NCBI GenBank assembly: GCA_963805085.1
Contig: CAWDTA010000002.1
Location: 480,001 to 544,000, forward strand
Source: an uncultured Veillonellaceae bacterium
GTDB lineage: Bacteria; Bacillota; Negativicutes; JARBTT01
Reading direction: 5' to 3'
DNA length: 64,000 nt
Shown: one piece after another, positions 51,896 through 62,620 of the stretch
Layout: each line of letters starts with the position of its first letter
How positions within the stretch are numbered: position 1 is the first letter of the stretch
Notes under the pieces: generated by a model
The model's database searches: none
The model's input: the letters and a program-made list of their open reading frames with translations, nothing else
What the model was told of the DNA's origin: nothing
Made by a program: the position numbers and the translations under genes

Positions 51896-52556
51896 TCACC
51901 ACCATCTTTTTTGCTACGACTTTTCCCTTGAGCCAATCATACCAAGCTTCAAGACCAGCATTACTGGTACAAGACACATCTAGTACAGAGATACTAGGAT
52001 GAATACTCGTAATATCTTTTTTTGCCGCAGCCATATCAAAATTTGTATATGGCAGTAAATCTACTTTATTCAAAACAGCAATTGCTGATTCCTTAAAAAT
52101 TAACGGATATTTTAAAGGTTTATCATCGCCTTCTGTAATGCTCAGCACAACTGCTTTCGCATCCTCGCCAACATTAAATTCCGCCGGACAAACAAGGTTG
52201 CCGACATTTTCAACGACTAATAAATCCAAATTTTCTAAATCTAATTCTTTCAATACTTTTTGAACCATCGCTGCATCTAAATGACAACCACCGCTCGTAT
52301 TGATCTGAATCACAGGTACATCATATTTAGCAATACGATCAGCATCCTTCGAAGTAAACAAATCTCCTTCGATAACTGCCATACGCAAATGGTCTCTTAA
52401 AGCTGCCATTGTCTTCTCAAGTAAAGATGTCTTACCTGATCCTGGCGATCCCATCAGATTGAGAACAAAAACTCCCTGCTTCGCAAAAAGCACCTGATTC
52501 TCTGCCGCGAGTCGATCGTTCTTGCCTAAAATATCTTCCATCACCTGAATTTCCAT
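51882..52556 (-). CDS. hypB: nickel insertion GTPase HypB
   Basis: SPGSGKT, GCHLDA, ENVGNLVCPA, KPLKYP; ATG 52556 overlaps the hypA stop. Confidence 0.95.
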   Translation of the reverse strand: MEIQVMEDILGKNDRLAAENQVLFAKQGVFVLNLMGSPGSGKTSLLEKTMAALRDHLRMAVIEGDLFTSKDADRIAKYDVPVIQINTSGGCHLDAAMVQKVLKELDLENLDLLVVENVGNLVCPAEFNVGEDAKAVVLSITEGDDKPLKYPLIFKESAIAVLNKVDLLPYTNFDMAAAKKDITSIHPSISVLDVSCTSNAGLEAWYDWLKGKVVAKKMVVNARG

Positions 52557-52897
52557 TAGTCTACCTCCAAATACTCTACCTGCATCTCTCTGCCAGACAA
52601 AATTTCTAGCTGTCCCGAACCACAATTAGGACATAAAAAATTATAATGTTCAATATGCGTATCCTTGCCACATTCCCTGCAATGACCCACTAACGGTATC
52701 TTATGTAGTTTTAATTCAGCTGTTTCTGCTATTGTCCCCCTAGTCAGTGCTGCAAAACAAAATTGCAGAGCATCCGTCTCCACTCCAGACATCTCGCCTA
52801 AGCGGAGGCTGATGCACTGGATTTTTTGCGCTTGATTGCGCGCTGCATAATCCAGTGCAATATCCAATATGCCTTCTGCGATCGCCATCTCATGCAT
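52556..52897 (-). CDS. hypA: nickel chaperone HypA
   Basis: MHE, CREC, CPNC, GRE. Confidence 0.95.
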   Translation of the reverse strand: MHEMAIAEGILDIALDYAARNQAQKIQCISLRLGEMSGVETDALQFCFAALTRGTIAETAELKLHKIPLVGHCRECGKDTHIEHYNFLCPNCGSGQLEILSGREMQVEYLEVD

Positions 52898-52940
52898 ATA
52901 AAAACCTCCACAGCCGGGCCTGAAAGCCCGGCTGTTTGTT

Positions 52941-53186
52941 TTAAATAACGGCTTCTAAACCGTGTTTTGTAAATACGTCTGTAATTTCCGACAATCTTGT
53001 TTTTGCCGGACTATAATCAATTGTTGTTTCGCCATCATGCGCATGAATATGAACATGATATACTCCTGGTAGTCCTAGCAAAATCCGTTCGACTACATCT
53101 ACATTGTCCTTTTGATAGCCTTTTACAAAAAATTTAAGCTGTGTATTCTTGCCTTGTGCTGAACAGCCGCAATCTGTGCACATCAT
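52941..53186 (-). CDS. small HMA-like Cys/His metal-binding protein
   Basis: CTDCGC N-terminus; LLGLPGVYHVHIHAHDG; HMA-like spacing. Confidence 0.7.
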   Translation of the reverse strand: MMCTDCGCSAQGKNTQLKFFVKGYQKDNVDVVERILLGLPGVYHVHIHAHDGETTIDYSPAKTRLSEITDVFTKHGLEAVI

Positions 53187-53207
53187 AGTTCCCCCAATTT
53201 CCTTTTA

Positions 53208-53978
53208 CTATTTCATTTTTCTTTCTTGCTCGCCAGCAGGCACTGGTTTATGATCCGAAAATGTGTTGGAGCTTTCTTTATCCATGATTTCTCCCACATC
53301 TACTGGTTCATGTTCGAGGATCTTCACGCCGGAAAACATGCTGGAAATCTCGCCTTCGCCTTCCATAAAGTCTGCTCTAATTGCCATATAAACATGACCA
53401 ATCACAAATAACATAATCGCCCAAGCTATATAATGATGAATTAAATGGATCATAAATTCGCTGCCAAAGATACCGATTGTCCAACCAAAAAGCTTTGCTC
53501 CGAAACCATTCGGATTCACCATAAAATACATGGCAAATCCCGTAATGATTTCAATGAGCACCATACTATAAAGCCCTACATAGGACATACGAGCCAATGG
53601 ATTGCGTAAATATGGTTTATGCGACGGTTTAATCAGCATATAGTGCATTGATACATCGATCATTGCCTGCCAAAAAGCAGGTTCCCAAACCCGAGGGAAT
53701 AAACGATCCCCCTTATTAATCACAAAACCATATATTCTCAATATAAATGCCGCAACAAAAATGAATGCCGCTATAAAGTGTATATTGCGAATGAGGTCAA
53801 GCGATATGATCATGCTGCCAAATGTTGGCTCCATGCCAACACCGCCGGACACAGGCTTTGTAACAAATAAGCCCGTCACGAACAAGAGGATGATACAAAT
53901 CACCATAATCCAGTGAAAAATTCGCAAAAACGGACTGAATAGATAATATACCTTCCGAGGTTCTTCACTCATTATCAT
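53208..53978 (-). CDS. [NiFe]-hydrogenase cytochrome b subunit
   Basis: RIFHW, RNIHF, NPLAR, HLIHH, HVY. Confidence 0.92.
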   Translation of the reverse strand: MIMSEEPRKVYYLFSPFLRIFHWIMVICIILLFVTGLFVTKPVSGGVGMEPTFGSMIISLDLIRNIHFIAAFIFVAAFILRIYGFVINKGDRLFPRVWEPAFWQAMIDVSMHYMLIKPSHKPYLRNPLARMSYVGLYSMVLIEIITGFAMYFMVNPNGFGAKLFGWTIGIFGSEFMIHLIHHYIAWAIMLFVIGHVYMAIRADFMEGEGEISSMFSGVKILEHEPVDVGEIMDKESSNTFSDHKPVPAGEQERKMK

Positions 53979-54046
53979 CGATCCCTGCTACTCGTCCTTC
54001 TCGTAGCTTTTCCTTTCATTATATTCCATATATATTTGTATTGATG

Positions 54047-55957
54047 TCACTCTTGGTTCGTTCTTAAATAAGGGTCTGTTGTCACAACCTTTATCTTCTT
54101 GCCATCGGCATTATATAAATGCGTTGCACAAGCCATACAAGGGTCAAACGAACGAATCACTTTCAAAATTTCCAATGGTTTGTCTGGAATCTTAACCTTC
54201 GTATCCATCATCGCTTTTTCATAAGCACCATGCTCACTCTTATTATCACGTGGGCAAGCATTCCAAGTCGTTGGAACAATGGCCTGATAATTTGCGATTT
54301 TCCCATCCTTAATGACAACCCAATGACTTAAAGCGCCACGTGGTGCTTCATATAGACCAACGCCTTTACATTCTTTTGGCCAAGTCTTCGGATCCCATTT
54401 CGTAGTGTCGGCAACTTTGGTATCGCCAGCTTTAATATTCTTAATCAACTTATTGAAGTAATATTTAGCAATATGTGCATGCACTTGTGCTTCTAACGCC
54501 CGAGTAGCTGTACGACCAACCATTGTCGTCATCCATACCTCTGGTGCCAAATTCAAAACTTTAGACACAGCTTCGATTTGATCCATGATCATTTTTTCTA
54601 CCCAAGTTGGTTCTGTAATCAAACCTTTCTTTATCTTGGTATAAATAATGATATAACGAGATAAAGGTCCAACTTCCGCCATCTTACCGCGCCATTTTGG
54701 TGTCTTAAGCCAAGAATATTTTCCATCTTCATCAAGCGTTTTCCAATCTGTCTTCGTGCCTTCTTTAGGTCCGGTATATTTTGCTTTCGTTACACCTTCC
54801 CAAGGATGAAGATCTTTACCTTCAGCATTTGGATACTCATACCAAGAATGTTCTACGCCTTCATTTAACACCTCTGAATCTGATAAATCTTCGGCTTTAA
54901 AATCATAGAACTTCGCAGCATCCAAGCCTTTACCAAAATCCTCTACTACACCATTACAGCGTAATAATAAATTCTTGTGGAAATCCCCATTGGTCGTTCC
55001 CGTATAAGGTTCATCTGGATAATCTCCAAAGCCTAATACTCTTTCTTTCGCCATTCCGCCGCCATCGACATAGCCCTTTTCTACATACATCTTACCAATC
55101 GCTAAAACATCTGGCAAATAAAAATCATTGACTAAATTAATCGTCGTATTAAGAGAACGATCTACGACTGCTAGACGTTCGGTATTTACCGGCGCATTCA
55201 TATCATCCATAGAAATTGAGCAAGGCATTCCGCCAACAACATAGTGTGGATGCGGATTTTTACCGCCAAAAATAACATGTGAAATAACAATTTCCCGCTG
55301 TTTATCAAGCATTTCCAAATAATGCGCTATGCCTAAAAGATGCACTTCTGGTGGCAATATTTGAAAATCAGGATGATCCCACCATTGCGCAGCAAAAATA
55401 CCAAGTTGTCCGCTTTCGACAATGTCTTTTACCTTTTTTTGAATTTTTTGATAATAAGCCGGCGTTGCTTTTGGAAATTCTTTTGGATAGGCTTCTGTAT
55501 CAAGAACTTCTGGTTCGGTAACTTTCACTTGATACGTTGAAAGTATTGTATTTTGCAATGCTGCCGTTGCTGCAGGATCCGCCTTTAGAGCTTCTACTGG
55601 ACTCACCCAGTCTAAAGCATGCAAATGATAAAAATGAATTACGTGATCCTGTACTGATTGTACTGCCGCCATGATATTTCTTATGTAATTTGCATTTTTA
55701 GGAATTGTAATTCCTAAAGCATCCTCTACTGCACGTAAAGAACCAAGTGCATGTGCTGTCGTACAGACACCACAAATTCTCTGAATAAATGCCCAACCAT
55801 CTCGTGGATCTCTATCGTTCATAATAAGTTCTAAACCACGCCAAGCAGTACCACTCGATAAAGCGTCTTCTACTTTGCCCGTTGCTTCATCTACTTTAAC
55901 TTCTACCCTTAAATGACCTTCAATACGCGTAATCGGATCAACTACAACTCGCTTCAT
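54047..55957 (-). CDS. group 1 uptake [NiFe]-hydrogenase large subunit
   Basis: DPITRIEGH, RICGVC, DPCMACATH plus a cleavable C-terminal tail. Confidence 0.96.
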   Translation of the reverse strand: MKRVVVDPITRIEGHLRVEVKVDEATGKVEDALSSGTAWRGLELIMNDRDPRDGWAFIQRICGVCTTAHALGSLRAVEDALGITIPKNANYIRNIMAAVQSVQDHVIHFYHLHALDWVSPVEALKADPAATAALQNTILSTYQVKVTEPEVLDTEAYPKEFPKATPAYYQKIQKKVKDIVESGQLGIFAAQWWDHPDFQILPPEVHLLGIAHYLEMLDKQREIVISHVIFGGKNPHPHYVVGGMPCSISMDDMNAPVNTERLAVVDRSLNTTINLVNDFYLPDVLAIGKMYVEKGYVDGGGMAKERVLGFGDYPDEPYTGTTNGDFHKNLLLRCNGVVEDFGKGLDAAKFYDFKAEDLSDSEVLNEGVEHSWYEYPNAEGKDLHPWEGVTKAKYTGPKEGTKTDWKTLDEDGKYSWLKTPKWRGKMAEVGPLSRYIIIYTKIKKGLITEPTWVEKMIMDQIEAVSKVLNLAPEVWMTTMVGRTATRALEAQVHAHIAKYYFNKLIKNIKAGDTKVADTTKWDPKTWPKECKGVGLYEAPRGALSHWVVIKDGKIANYQAIVPTTWNACPRDNKSEHGAYEKAMMDTKVKIPDKPLEILKVIRSFDPCMACATHLYNADGKKIKVVTTDPYLRTNQE

Positions 55958-57054
55958 TATTCCACCTTCTTCCCGTCAGACTTTTCCTCAGCTGCCTGGC
56001 GTTTTTTCTTCTGTACTACAGACATTGCGCCATGAAGAGCAACACCAGCAGCGGTTAATCCAACAGCCGCCGCACCTATTTTGTCGATATCACCAAGTAT
56101 TGGTCCATACTCTGGCAGACGTTTATAAAATGGCGCTTCATCCCAGAAATGATCATTACTGCAACCAATGCAACCATGTCCAGATTGTATTGGATACGAA
56201 AGGCCATTCCACCATCTTAAGTTTCCGCAAGAATTATAAGTTACCGGACCGCGGCAACCTAGTTTATAGAGACACCAGCCAGCTTTTGAACCAGCATCAT
56301 CAAAATTTTCTGCAAACATTCCCGTATCAAAAAACGGACGACGATAGCAGGTATCATGAATACGGTTACCATAAAATTGTTTTGGACGACCTTCGCTATC
56401 AAGCGGTGGCAATTTTCCAAACAAGGCGTAATGCATAACAACGCCTGTCATCACTTCTGGAATCGGTGGGCAACCTGGAACCTTAACGATCGGTTTACTA
56501 TTACCGACAATCTCTCTTATACTAACCGATCCCGTAGGATTTGGTTTAGCAGCTTGAATGCCGCCACTGGTTGCACATGATCCATACTCAATAATTGCTG
56601 CAGCGTTCTTAGCTACTTCTTTCAATACCGTTACAAATGGTTTTCCACCAGTCATACAATAAATGCCGTTTTCAGCTGTCGCGGCTGCACCTTCTACTGC
56701 CAAGATATACTTGCCAGAATATTGCTGCATGATATCATGCAAATGCGCTTCAAATGGTTCACCAGCCCCTGCACTTAGTGCATGGCTATATTCCAATGCA
56801 ATCGAATTCAACACTACATCGGAAGTAAGTGGTGTTCCCGACCGAAGAAATGATTCATCACAACCGGTACATTCATGCCCATGAAGCCAGATGACAACCG
56901 GCAAAGGATTTTTTTCTGCGGCTGCAACGACCTTCGATACCATATCAGTATTAAGCCCCATGATACTGGTCAATGCCACACACGACTTAAGAAAGCTACG
57001 ACGGTTGATGTTTTTTCGGAGACAGACGTCCCACATAGTTTCTGATTTATCCAC
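55957..57054 (-). CDS. group 1 [NiFe]-hydrogenase small subunit (Tat-exported)
   Basis: RRSFLK, ECTGC, PGCPP, IHDTCYRR, CIGC, C-terminal TM anchor; start likely GTG 57054. Confidence 0.95.
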   Translation of the reverse strand: MDKSETMWDVCLRKNINRRSFLKSCVALTSIMGLNTDMVSKVVAAAEKNPLPVVIWLHGHECTGCDESFLRSGTPLTSDVVLNSIALEYSHALSAGAGEPFEAHLHDIMQQYSGKYILAVEGAAATAENGIYCMTGGKPFVTVLKEVAKNAAAIIEYGSCATSGGIQAAKPNPTGSVSIREIVGNSKPIVKVPGCPPIPEVMTGVVMHYALFGKLPPLDSEGRPKQFYGNRIHDTCYRRPFFDTGMFAENFDDAGSKAGWCLYKLGCRGPVTYNSCGNLRWWNGLSYPIQSGHGCIGCSNDHFWDEAPFYKRLPEYGPILGDIDKIGAAAVGLTAAGVALHGAMSVVQKKKRQAAEEKSDGKKVE

Positions 57055-57491
57055 TATACCCCTCCTCATTTCATTGGATGATGCAATACTTACAGGAAAC
57101 CGCATTTATTTTTTACATCACCTGCCTTTCAGCTGCCATTGATGAAAAAATTTTTATACAACAAATAGCCTCTTTATATTCTAAAGAAGCTACTTGCTTT
57201 TTGTTTCAATGGATATGCACATCCTATTGCCTTTGATCAGTCTGAAATCTTTTGATGCTTCTCCATTGAAATATACAAAAAACATAGCCAAACATAAGAA
57301 TAAAACAATTTAAATATTACCTTTTTTCTACATTATATTCCCAACATAAAGAAAAGTCTATATTTATCAACCCTTATTTTATCATAAATTTTTTTAATGA
57401 TTCATTTGTGAAATAAAAACTCCTTATACACTAGTTATTTTTTTAACCACTCCTTCAACTTTAAGCTCTAATACATAGTTAAACATATAAA

Positions 57492-57545
57492 AACTACACC
57501 TCTAAATATTAGATTTATTTAGCTACTATTTAGAGGTGTAGTTCA
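57492..57545. repeat. degenerate IS3-end-like palindrome
   Basis: 17-bp arms AACTACACCTCTAAATA/TATTTAGAGGTGTAGTT, right end finishing in CA. Confidence 0.5.
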
Positions 57546-57584
57546 AGACTAGGGGTAACCGTTTAAATAATGGACTATAACCTC

Positions 57585-57704
57585 CTAATACTGGCAATAT
57601 TCATCAATCAAATTGATATCTAAGAGCAGCCGGCGATGAGATCCATCGGCGATAATTTGGTGATTTCCTCCCAACACAATAACGCGATTAGCACTCTCCG
57701 GTAT
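57585..57704 (-). pseudogene. 3' remnant of an ECF (CbiO/NikO-like) ATPase
   Basis: IPESANRVIVLGGNHQIIADG...LLLDINLIDEY resembles ECF ATPase C-termini; truncated at the RAYT element end. Confidence 0.45.
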
Positions 57705-57707
57705 ACA

Positions 57708-58560
57708 AGTAGACGACTATTTTTGTCTTATTTTGTTATTTTATTTACCCTGTCCTTATTAATTCCTGTGATCTCTGCTATTTTTCTTAATGGTAAATTT
57801 GTTTTCTCTTTAAATTTTTTCAGTTTCTCTTCTAAGTTCTCTTCACTTTTTGCAAGCTCATTCCATAACTTTATTGCTTGGCTTTCTTCCATTCGATTTG
57901 CTTTTTCATCTATTTCAATAAATTTATCTTCTTCTTTCATATTTGTGAATTTGATAAACTCTTCTTTTGCTTCATTTTTATCTTCTGAAAATATTCCTAG
58001 AACTAATTCTTTATCTATTGCCTTTGCTAAAGCAGTATCTTCTTCTATATAGCCTTTATAACTACTCCATTTATATTTTTCTGCTTTTTTCACGATGCCA
58101 GCTTTGACTGGATTTTTATGAATATACCTTGTTGCCATTAATAGATAGCTATCATCTTCTATTTTTTCGCTTCTATATCTATCTTGAAATAGGTGGCCTG
58201 TCTTTTTATATTTTTTATTAAAGTAAAAGACATAGCTAATATTGATTCGTTTCATTATATTAGCTATGTCTTCTTCTCTTTCTTGCAATAGCAAATGGGC
58301 ATGATTATCCATTATGCAAAATGCAATAAGACCATATCTGTTATTTTCTTTTTTCGTTTTTAGTATTTCTATAAAGTGCATTTTATCTTGGTCATCTATG
58401 AAGATATCTTTTCGATCGTTACCTTTTATCACTATATGGTAATACCCTGTATTACTTTTATCTCTTTGCTGTCTTGGCATGATAATCCACTCCTTTTTTC
58501 CCCAGATTATCATACCAGATTAGTTTAGTCAAGACAAAAAGAACCGTCACCTCGTCTACT
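57708..58560 (-). mobile_element. RAYT-type HUH transposase element (CDS 57728-58480) with related inverted ends
   Basis: YHIVIKG, HAHLL, GHLFQDRYRSE, RYIHKNP; the left end AGTAGACGA..TTTTGTCT mirrors AGACAAAA..TCGTCTACT (58532-58560). Confidence 0.85.
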
Positions 58561-58684
58561 CGGATTGAAAAGATTATCGGACGCAACTTGTGTATATCTC
58601 CAAAAAAAATCATAATGTGTTGTGTATTGCACCATTTTGTAAAATATAGTCGTATTTTAATGTAAATTACAAATAATGAAATTA

Positions 58685-58714
58685 TTGACATATAGGGGCT
58701 TGTTATGTTAATAT
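58685..58714 (+). promoter_or_regulatory. sigma70 promoter of the tRNA-like/rSAM unit
   Basis: TTGACA-18 bp-TAATAT with TGn extension. Confidence 0.65.
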
Positions 58715-58727
58715 TTGTATATGACAC

Positions 58728-58815
58728 GGAGAGGTGGTCGAGTTGGCTTAAGACAATTGATTAATTTCAGTGTACGTTTTACGTACCGTAGGTTCAAATC
58801 CTACTCTCTCCGCCA
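58728..58815 (+). tRNA. tRNA-Ser-like RNA with a non-canonical 6-nt anticodon loop (no assignable anticodon)
   Basis: Acceptor GGAGAGG/TCTCTCC, G73, encoded CCA; D arm GTC/GAC with GG; anticodon stem ATTGA/TCAGT, loop TTAATT; long variable arm GTACGT/ACGTAC; T arm GTAGG-TTCAAAT-CCTAC. Confidence 0.85.
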
Positions 58816-58826
58816 ATAAAAAATGT

Positions 58827-58859
58827 AAAACTATTATGTGTGAGCATAGTAGTTTTTTT
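58827..58859 (+). terminator. terminator-like hairpin after the tRNA-like gene
   Basis: AAAACTATTATG/CATAGTAGTTTT plus T-run. Confidence 0.6.
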
Positions 58860-58890
58860 ACAAATATCAAAAAGTTAGGAGAATTTTATT

Positions 58891-59022
58891 ATGTCATTAT
58901 CACAATTAGCAATAATTGAAGATTATCATTCTTTGGAAGTATCTAGAACAACTTATCCTAACTACAAATACTATTGCGTTAAATACAATTTAAGCACTAA
59001 GGATAATATTACATTAATTTAA
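58891..59022 (+). CDS. putative rSAM RiPP precursor (43 aa, Tyr-rich)
   Basis: AGGAGA RBS; MSLSQLAIIEDYHSLEVSRTTYPNYKYYCVKYNLSTKDNITLI; directly upstream of the rSAM gene; not in the ORF track. Confidence 0.6.
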   Translation: MSLSQLAIIEDYHSLEVSRTTYPNYKYYCVKYNLSTKDNITLI

Positions 59023-59085
59023 AACTATGAATGATTATAGTAATATGCATGGCTATTAATAAAAAATAGAAGGGGATATGCTAAC

Positions 59086-60105
59086 ATGAAAAAAAACAAA
59101 TGTAGTAATCTTGAAAAAATTGAATTTCAGCTTACAACTTCGTGCAACATGAAGTGCAAATTTTGTTTTCATGGTGATGAAGTATCTTACCAAAGATTAG
59201 ATACTGATGTAGTATGCAAGTCTATCAAAGAACTCACATTTCAAACAAAATCAGGTTATCCTTATGCAAATCTAAAGTCTGTATGGCTGACTGGTGGAGA
59301 GCCTCTGTTAGAAATGGAGGCCGTTTCAGAAATCATTAAAATAAGCAAATCTATGAATTTAATAACTGTCATAAGCACAAATGGACTCCTTCTTGAAAAA
59401 AATCTTGATCAATTACTGAAATCTGGTTTGGATGAAGTTAAAATTTCATTAGATTCGCTAGATACTAATTTATTTCAAAACCTTAGAGGTGGATCGCTGT
59501 CAACCGTTCTAAATAATATTAAATTAGTAGCAAAGACTCCTATAAAAACACATATTAGAATAACAGTGAACAATGACAATGTTAATAGTATTGGTAACAT
59601 TGTTGAAGAAATGGCAGATGTTGGCCTTGCTACTATTGAACTTAAAGCGGTTCTTCCAATAGGTCGTTCTGATTTTAGATTCATGCCTAATCACAATATA
59701 CTAGAAAAGGCAATAAACGATGCAATAAAAAAAATACCACCAAATAAGGCAACTCCATATGTAACAACGATATGTAATTATCTTGCTCCATGTAAAGGAT
59801 TTTCTGTTAGTCCAAATATCCCTTGCACTTGTAGTCACTCATCACTTTATATAGCTGCTACTGGAGATATCCTTCCCTGTGGGTATTTTCCAAAAGAAAG
59901 TCAATATAATATTTATCGCGATTCTCTTTTAGATGGATGGACAGGTTCCTTTTTTAATACTATAAGAAACAGTGCTCCTGAGAAGTGTACAACATGTAAA
60001 GACTGGGATTTATGTAAGAATGGATGCCCAGCAGTGCTTTATAACCATGGTGACCTTAATAACTCTTGTTTTGAGCTCATTACTGAAAAAATAGCAAAAA
60101 ATTAA
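59086..60105 (+). CDS. radical SAM enzyme with SPASM domain
   Basis: CNMKCKFC, TGGEP, TNG, ISLD; SPASM C...GDILPC...CTTC...CKNGC...C. Confidence 0.92.
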   Translation: MKKNKCSNLEKIEFQLTTSCNMKCKFCFHGDEVSYQRLDTDVVCKSIKELTFQTKSGYPYANLKSVWLTGGEPLLEMEAVSEIIKISKSMNLITVISTNGLLLEKNLDQLLKSGLDEVKISLDSLDTNLFQNLRGGSLSTVLNNIKLVAKTPIKTHIRITVNNDNVNSIGNIVEEMADVGLATIELKAVLPIGRSDFRFMPNHNILEKAINDAIKKIPPNKATPYVTTICNYLAPCKGFSVSPNIPCTCSHSSLYIAATGDILPCGYFPKESQYNIYRDSLLDGWTGSFFNTIRNSAPEKCTTCKDWDLCKNGCPAVLYNHGDLNNSCFELITEKIAKN

Positions 60106-60171
60106 TTATTATTGGTCATTGTCAATAATAATTAATGATAATCTATTTTACATTTTTAGGAGAGTATTTTC

Positions 60172-61344
60172 ATGTTATTGTCCAATAAAAAAAAGATAGT
60201 AATACTTTCAGTCGCACATTTGATTAATGACTGGTATATGAATTTCATTCAGGTTTTAATGCCATTTTTCGTAATGTATGGAATAGGATTAAGTAAGGGC
60301 GCTTTCCTGATAGCTGCATTCACAATTACTTCATCCTTAATGCAGCCGTTGTTTGGTTATTTAGTCGATCATAAAAATCAGCAATGGATGATCTATTTTG
60401 GCACTGCTTGGATGGCGATATTTGTAAGCCTGCTTGGAAGGTTTAATAATTATCCATTATTAGTTATTGTTGCGACTTTATCTGGTGTAGGGACAGCTGC
60501 ATTTCATCCTCAGGCTTCTGCTATAGTTAGCGCATTAAGTAATAATAGAAAGAACTTTTTTCAAGCTTGCTTTATTGCTGCAGGAAATCTTGGTGGAGCA
60601 CTTACTCCAGTAATTGTTATTCCTTTTGTTGAAGTTTATGGTCTAGAGCTGATGCCTGTATTTATATTGCCAGGAGTAGGGATTGCTATTTTACTTTGGT
60701 TATTTTCTGCACCTAAAAAACCAGTGAAAGAGCAGCTTGTTCTTTCATCATTACCGCCAATTCCTCGTAGTTCTTTGGTAGAGCTTAGTAAGTTAGTAAT
60801 AGTTGTATCAATTCGTTCACTGGTTAATTATGGGTTAATTGCTTTTTTGCCATTATATCTTCAATCGATGAATGTTTCTCTTCAAGCCAGTAGCCATCTG
60901 CTTTTTATAATGTTATTTTTCGGGGCTATTGGTGGGATTTTAGGCGGATATTTAGCAGATATCTTTGGAAGAAAATTAATACTTGTAGGTTCATTATTTA
61001 TTTCCAGTCCTCTATTTTACTTTTTCCTTAATAGTGATGGCTTTACAAGTAAAGTATTTTTAGCCTTCGCTGGAACGGCACTTTTAGCATCATATTCTAT
61101 TACGGTAGTGATTGCGCAAGAAATTATTAATACTAGAACATCTCTTGCATCTGGGATAATAGTTGGATTTAGCAATGGAGCCGGTGGACTTGGTGTGGGG
61201 ATTTTAGGACTAATCGCCGAACATATGGGCATTGCATATATTATCAATTTATTAATTTGGATACCTTTAATTATTAGCTTATTTAGTTTGATTATTAATG
61301 ATAAGCAGGATTCTACTCTACGTTTTTCAAATAGTGAGATATAA
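60172..61344 (+). CDS. MFS transporter, Fsr-like
   Basis: AHLINDW, QPLFGYLVD, AAFHPQA, GYLADIFGRK. Confidence 0.88.
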   Translation: MLLSNKKKIVILSVAHLINDWYMNFIQVLMPFFVMYGIGLSKGAFLIAAFTITSSLMQPLFGYLVDHKNQQWMIYFGTAWMAIFVSLLGRFNNYPLLVIVATLSGVGTAAFHPQASAIVSALSNNRKNFFQACFIAAGNLGGALTPVIVIPFVEVYGLELMPVFILPGVGIAILLWLFSAPKKPVKEQLVLSSLPPIPRSSLVELSKLVIVVSIRSLVNYGLIAFLPLYLQSMNVSLQASSHLLFIMLFFGAIGGILGGYLADIFGRKLILVGSLFISSPLFYFFLNSDGFTSKVFLAFAGTALLASYSITVVIAQEIINTRTSLASGIIVGFSNGAGGLGVGILGLIAEHMGIAYIINLLIWIPLIISLFSLIINDKQDSTLRFSNSEI

Positions 61345-61383
61345 TCAGGTAATAAAGAAGTCTGTCGGAGCAGGTGAGATAGA

Positions 61384-62448
<1,065 letters not shown>

Positions 62449-62584
62449 ACTAATTTAATAAGATAACTATTTAATATCTACCTATATTTTCACTCCCATC
62501 GGTCTAAATTTTGTCCAGGGATAAGCTCGTTCTACTGTCATTACATGGTGTCTGAATGTCTCCCCGGTTTCACTGTCCTGATAA

Positions 62585-62620
62585 AATGAATAAACCCCCA
62601 TAATCGGGGGTTTATTCATT
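62585..62620. terminator. bidirectional terminator
   Basis: AATGAATAAACCCCC/GGGGGTTTATTCATT. Confidence 0.75.

Noticed and set aside
58760-58767. Reading the tRNA as Leu(TAA), Ile(AAT) or an ochre suppressor(TTA)
   Set aside because: Forcing a 7-nt loop breaks the anticodon stem; the body carries Ser identity features, so no anticodon is assigned.
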